Source of the DNA: a virus
Strand: one strand, 5' to 3'
DNA: 64,000 bases
Virus record (IMG/VR): IMGVR_UViG_3300045988_037604
Below, piece by piece: positions 63,509 to 64,000 of the stretch; the stretch's first letter is position 1; each line of letters begins with the position of its first letter. The translations under genes and the position numbers were made by a program. The notes below the pieces were generated by a model. The model was given only the letters and a program-made list of their open reading frames with translations, had not been told where the DNA came from and did no database searches.

Positions 63509-64000
63509 CTATCGAATATTAACTCCAGTTATTTGTTCAACAATTCCTAGAGCAACAGCTTCACCAATCTTACTAAACTCAAGAATTTGAGTTACATGAT
63601 TGTAGTAAGAATTATGTTCAACAACAGAAGTATTATCTTCGTTACTACTGAAAGGATTATGATATTCCTGACCTTCAGCTACAGCTTCCTGAACAATCTC
63701 AATCTTAGCACGAGAAAGAATAGCTTTGATAGCATTAGGATTGTCACGAAGATAATCACCAATACAAGCATACTCAGTTTCACGAAGAGCAGAAATCAAA
63801 GAGAAAGAACTAACAAAGATAATATTAGTTTCACCTTCCTTATAATTACCTTCGTCATCAGCAATATAACCTTTAACAGGAACATCAAGAGTCAATGCTA
63901 CTCTTTGCCAAGTAGTCATATCTGTAACATTAACGTTACGAACATGAGCAATAGCTACATTGTTAATCTTAACACCTTTCAAATCATTAATTACTTTCTT
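63509..64000 (-). CDS. hypothetical protein, probably 5'-truncated by the window edge
   Basis: The ORF-track start at 63982 is TTG, and the frame stays open to base 64000 (…KKVINDLKGVKINNV…). GC is elevated like 49015..49851. Stop TAG is at 63509-63511. Confidence 0.65.
   Translation of the reverse strand, partial: KKVINDLKGVKINNVAIAHVRNVNVTDMTTWQRVALTLDVPVKGYIADDEGNYKEGETNIIFVSSFSLISALRETEYACIGDYLRDNPNAIKAILSRAKIEIVQEAVAEGQEYHNPFSSNEDNTSVVEHNSYYNHVTQILEFSKIGEAVALGIVEQITGVNIR

Noticed and set aside
1-64000. Stop-codon reassignment (TAG or TGA recoding known in some crAss-like phages), lysogeny genes, CRISPR arrays, transposable elements and introns or inteins in polB.
   Set aside because: TAA, TAG (19127, 33759, 63011, 63509) and TGA (367, 36124, 59028) all terminate well-delimited genes. 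Long ORFs are uninterrupted under the standard code, and the tRNA anticodon is UUG, not a suppressor. No integrase-, transposase- or Cas-like sequence, spaced direct repeats or split polymerase motifs were seen.

Overview
This is a very AT-rich (by eye about 30% GC) dsDNA phage segment. Its gene content and layout match a crAss-like phage (Crassvirales); a Bacteroidota host is an inference. There are two convergent blocks. Block 1 (1-33060, + strand) holds virion and tail genes followed by giant ejection or cargo proteins of 1714, 871 and 2383 aa (the last has an HExxH zincin motif), then a 4613-aa ORF with the DFDID catalytic loop of the crAss-type virion RNA polymerase. Block 2 (33759-64000, - strand) holds tightly packed replication and nucleotide-metabolism genes, often with ATGA overlaps. 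These are family B DNA polymerase, Dda/RecD-like SF1 helicase, an SF2 helicase-like protein, UDG-like, RecT-like, SSB-like, TOPRIM primase, ATP-dependent DNA ligase, ThyX, dUTPase, a glutaredoxin-like protein, a P-loop kinase, DUF932 and a PI-PLC-like phosphodiesterase, plus many small orphan ORFs. Eight of those small ORFs fall below the ORF-track cutoff and were read by hand. The blocks meet at a tRNA-Gln(UUG), terminator hairpins and about 0.4 kb of non-coding DNA. The standard code applies, because TAA, TAG and TGA all terminate ORFs. I saw no integrase, CRISPR array, rRNA or transposase. The most interesting signal is a dispersed asymmetric motif of about 20 nt: a pyrimidine tract, TAC, G7, then YTA (core TCTACGGGGGGGTT). 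It occurs 15 times on both strands. Eleven copies lie inside tracked ORFs that stay open, one more lies inside a hand-read 52-aa ORF, and the forward form is read in all three frames. Orientation alternates almost perfectly, and a G-run-interrupted variant sits at gene-block boundaries. It behaves as a nucleic-acid-level signal of unknown function. I cannot verify novelty without a literature or database search.
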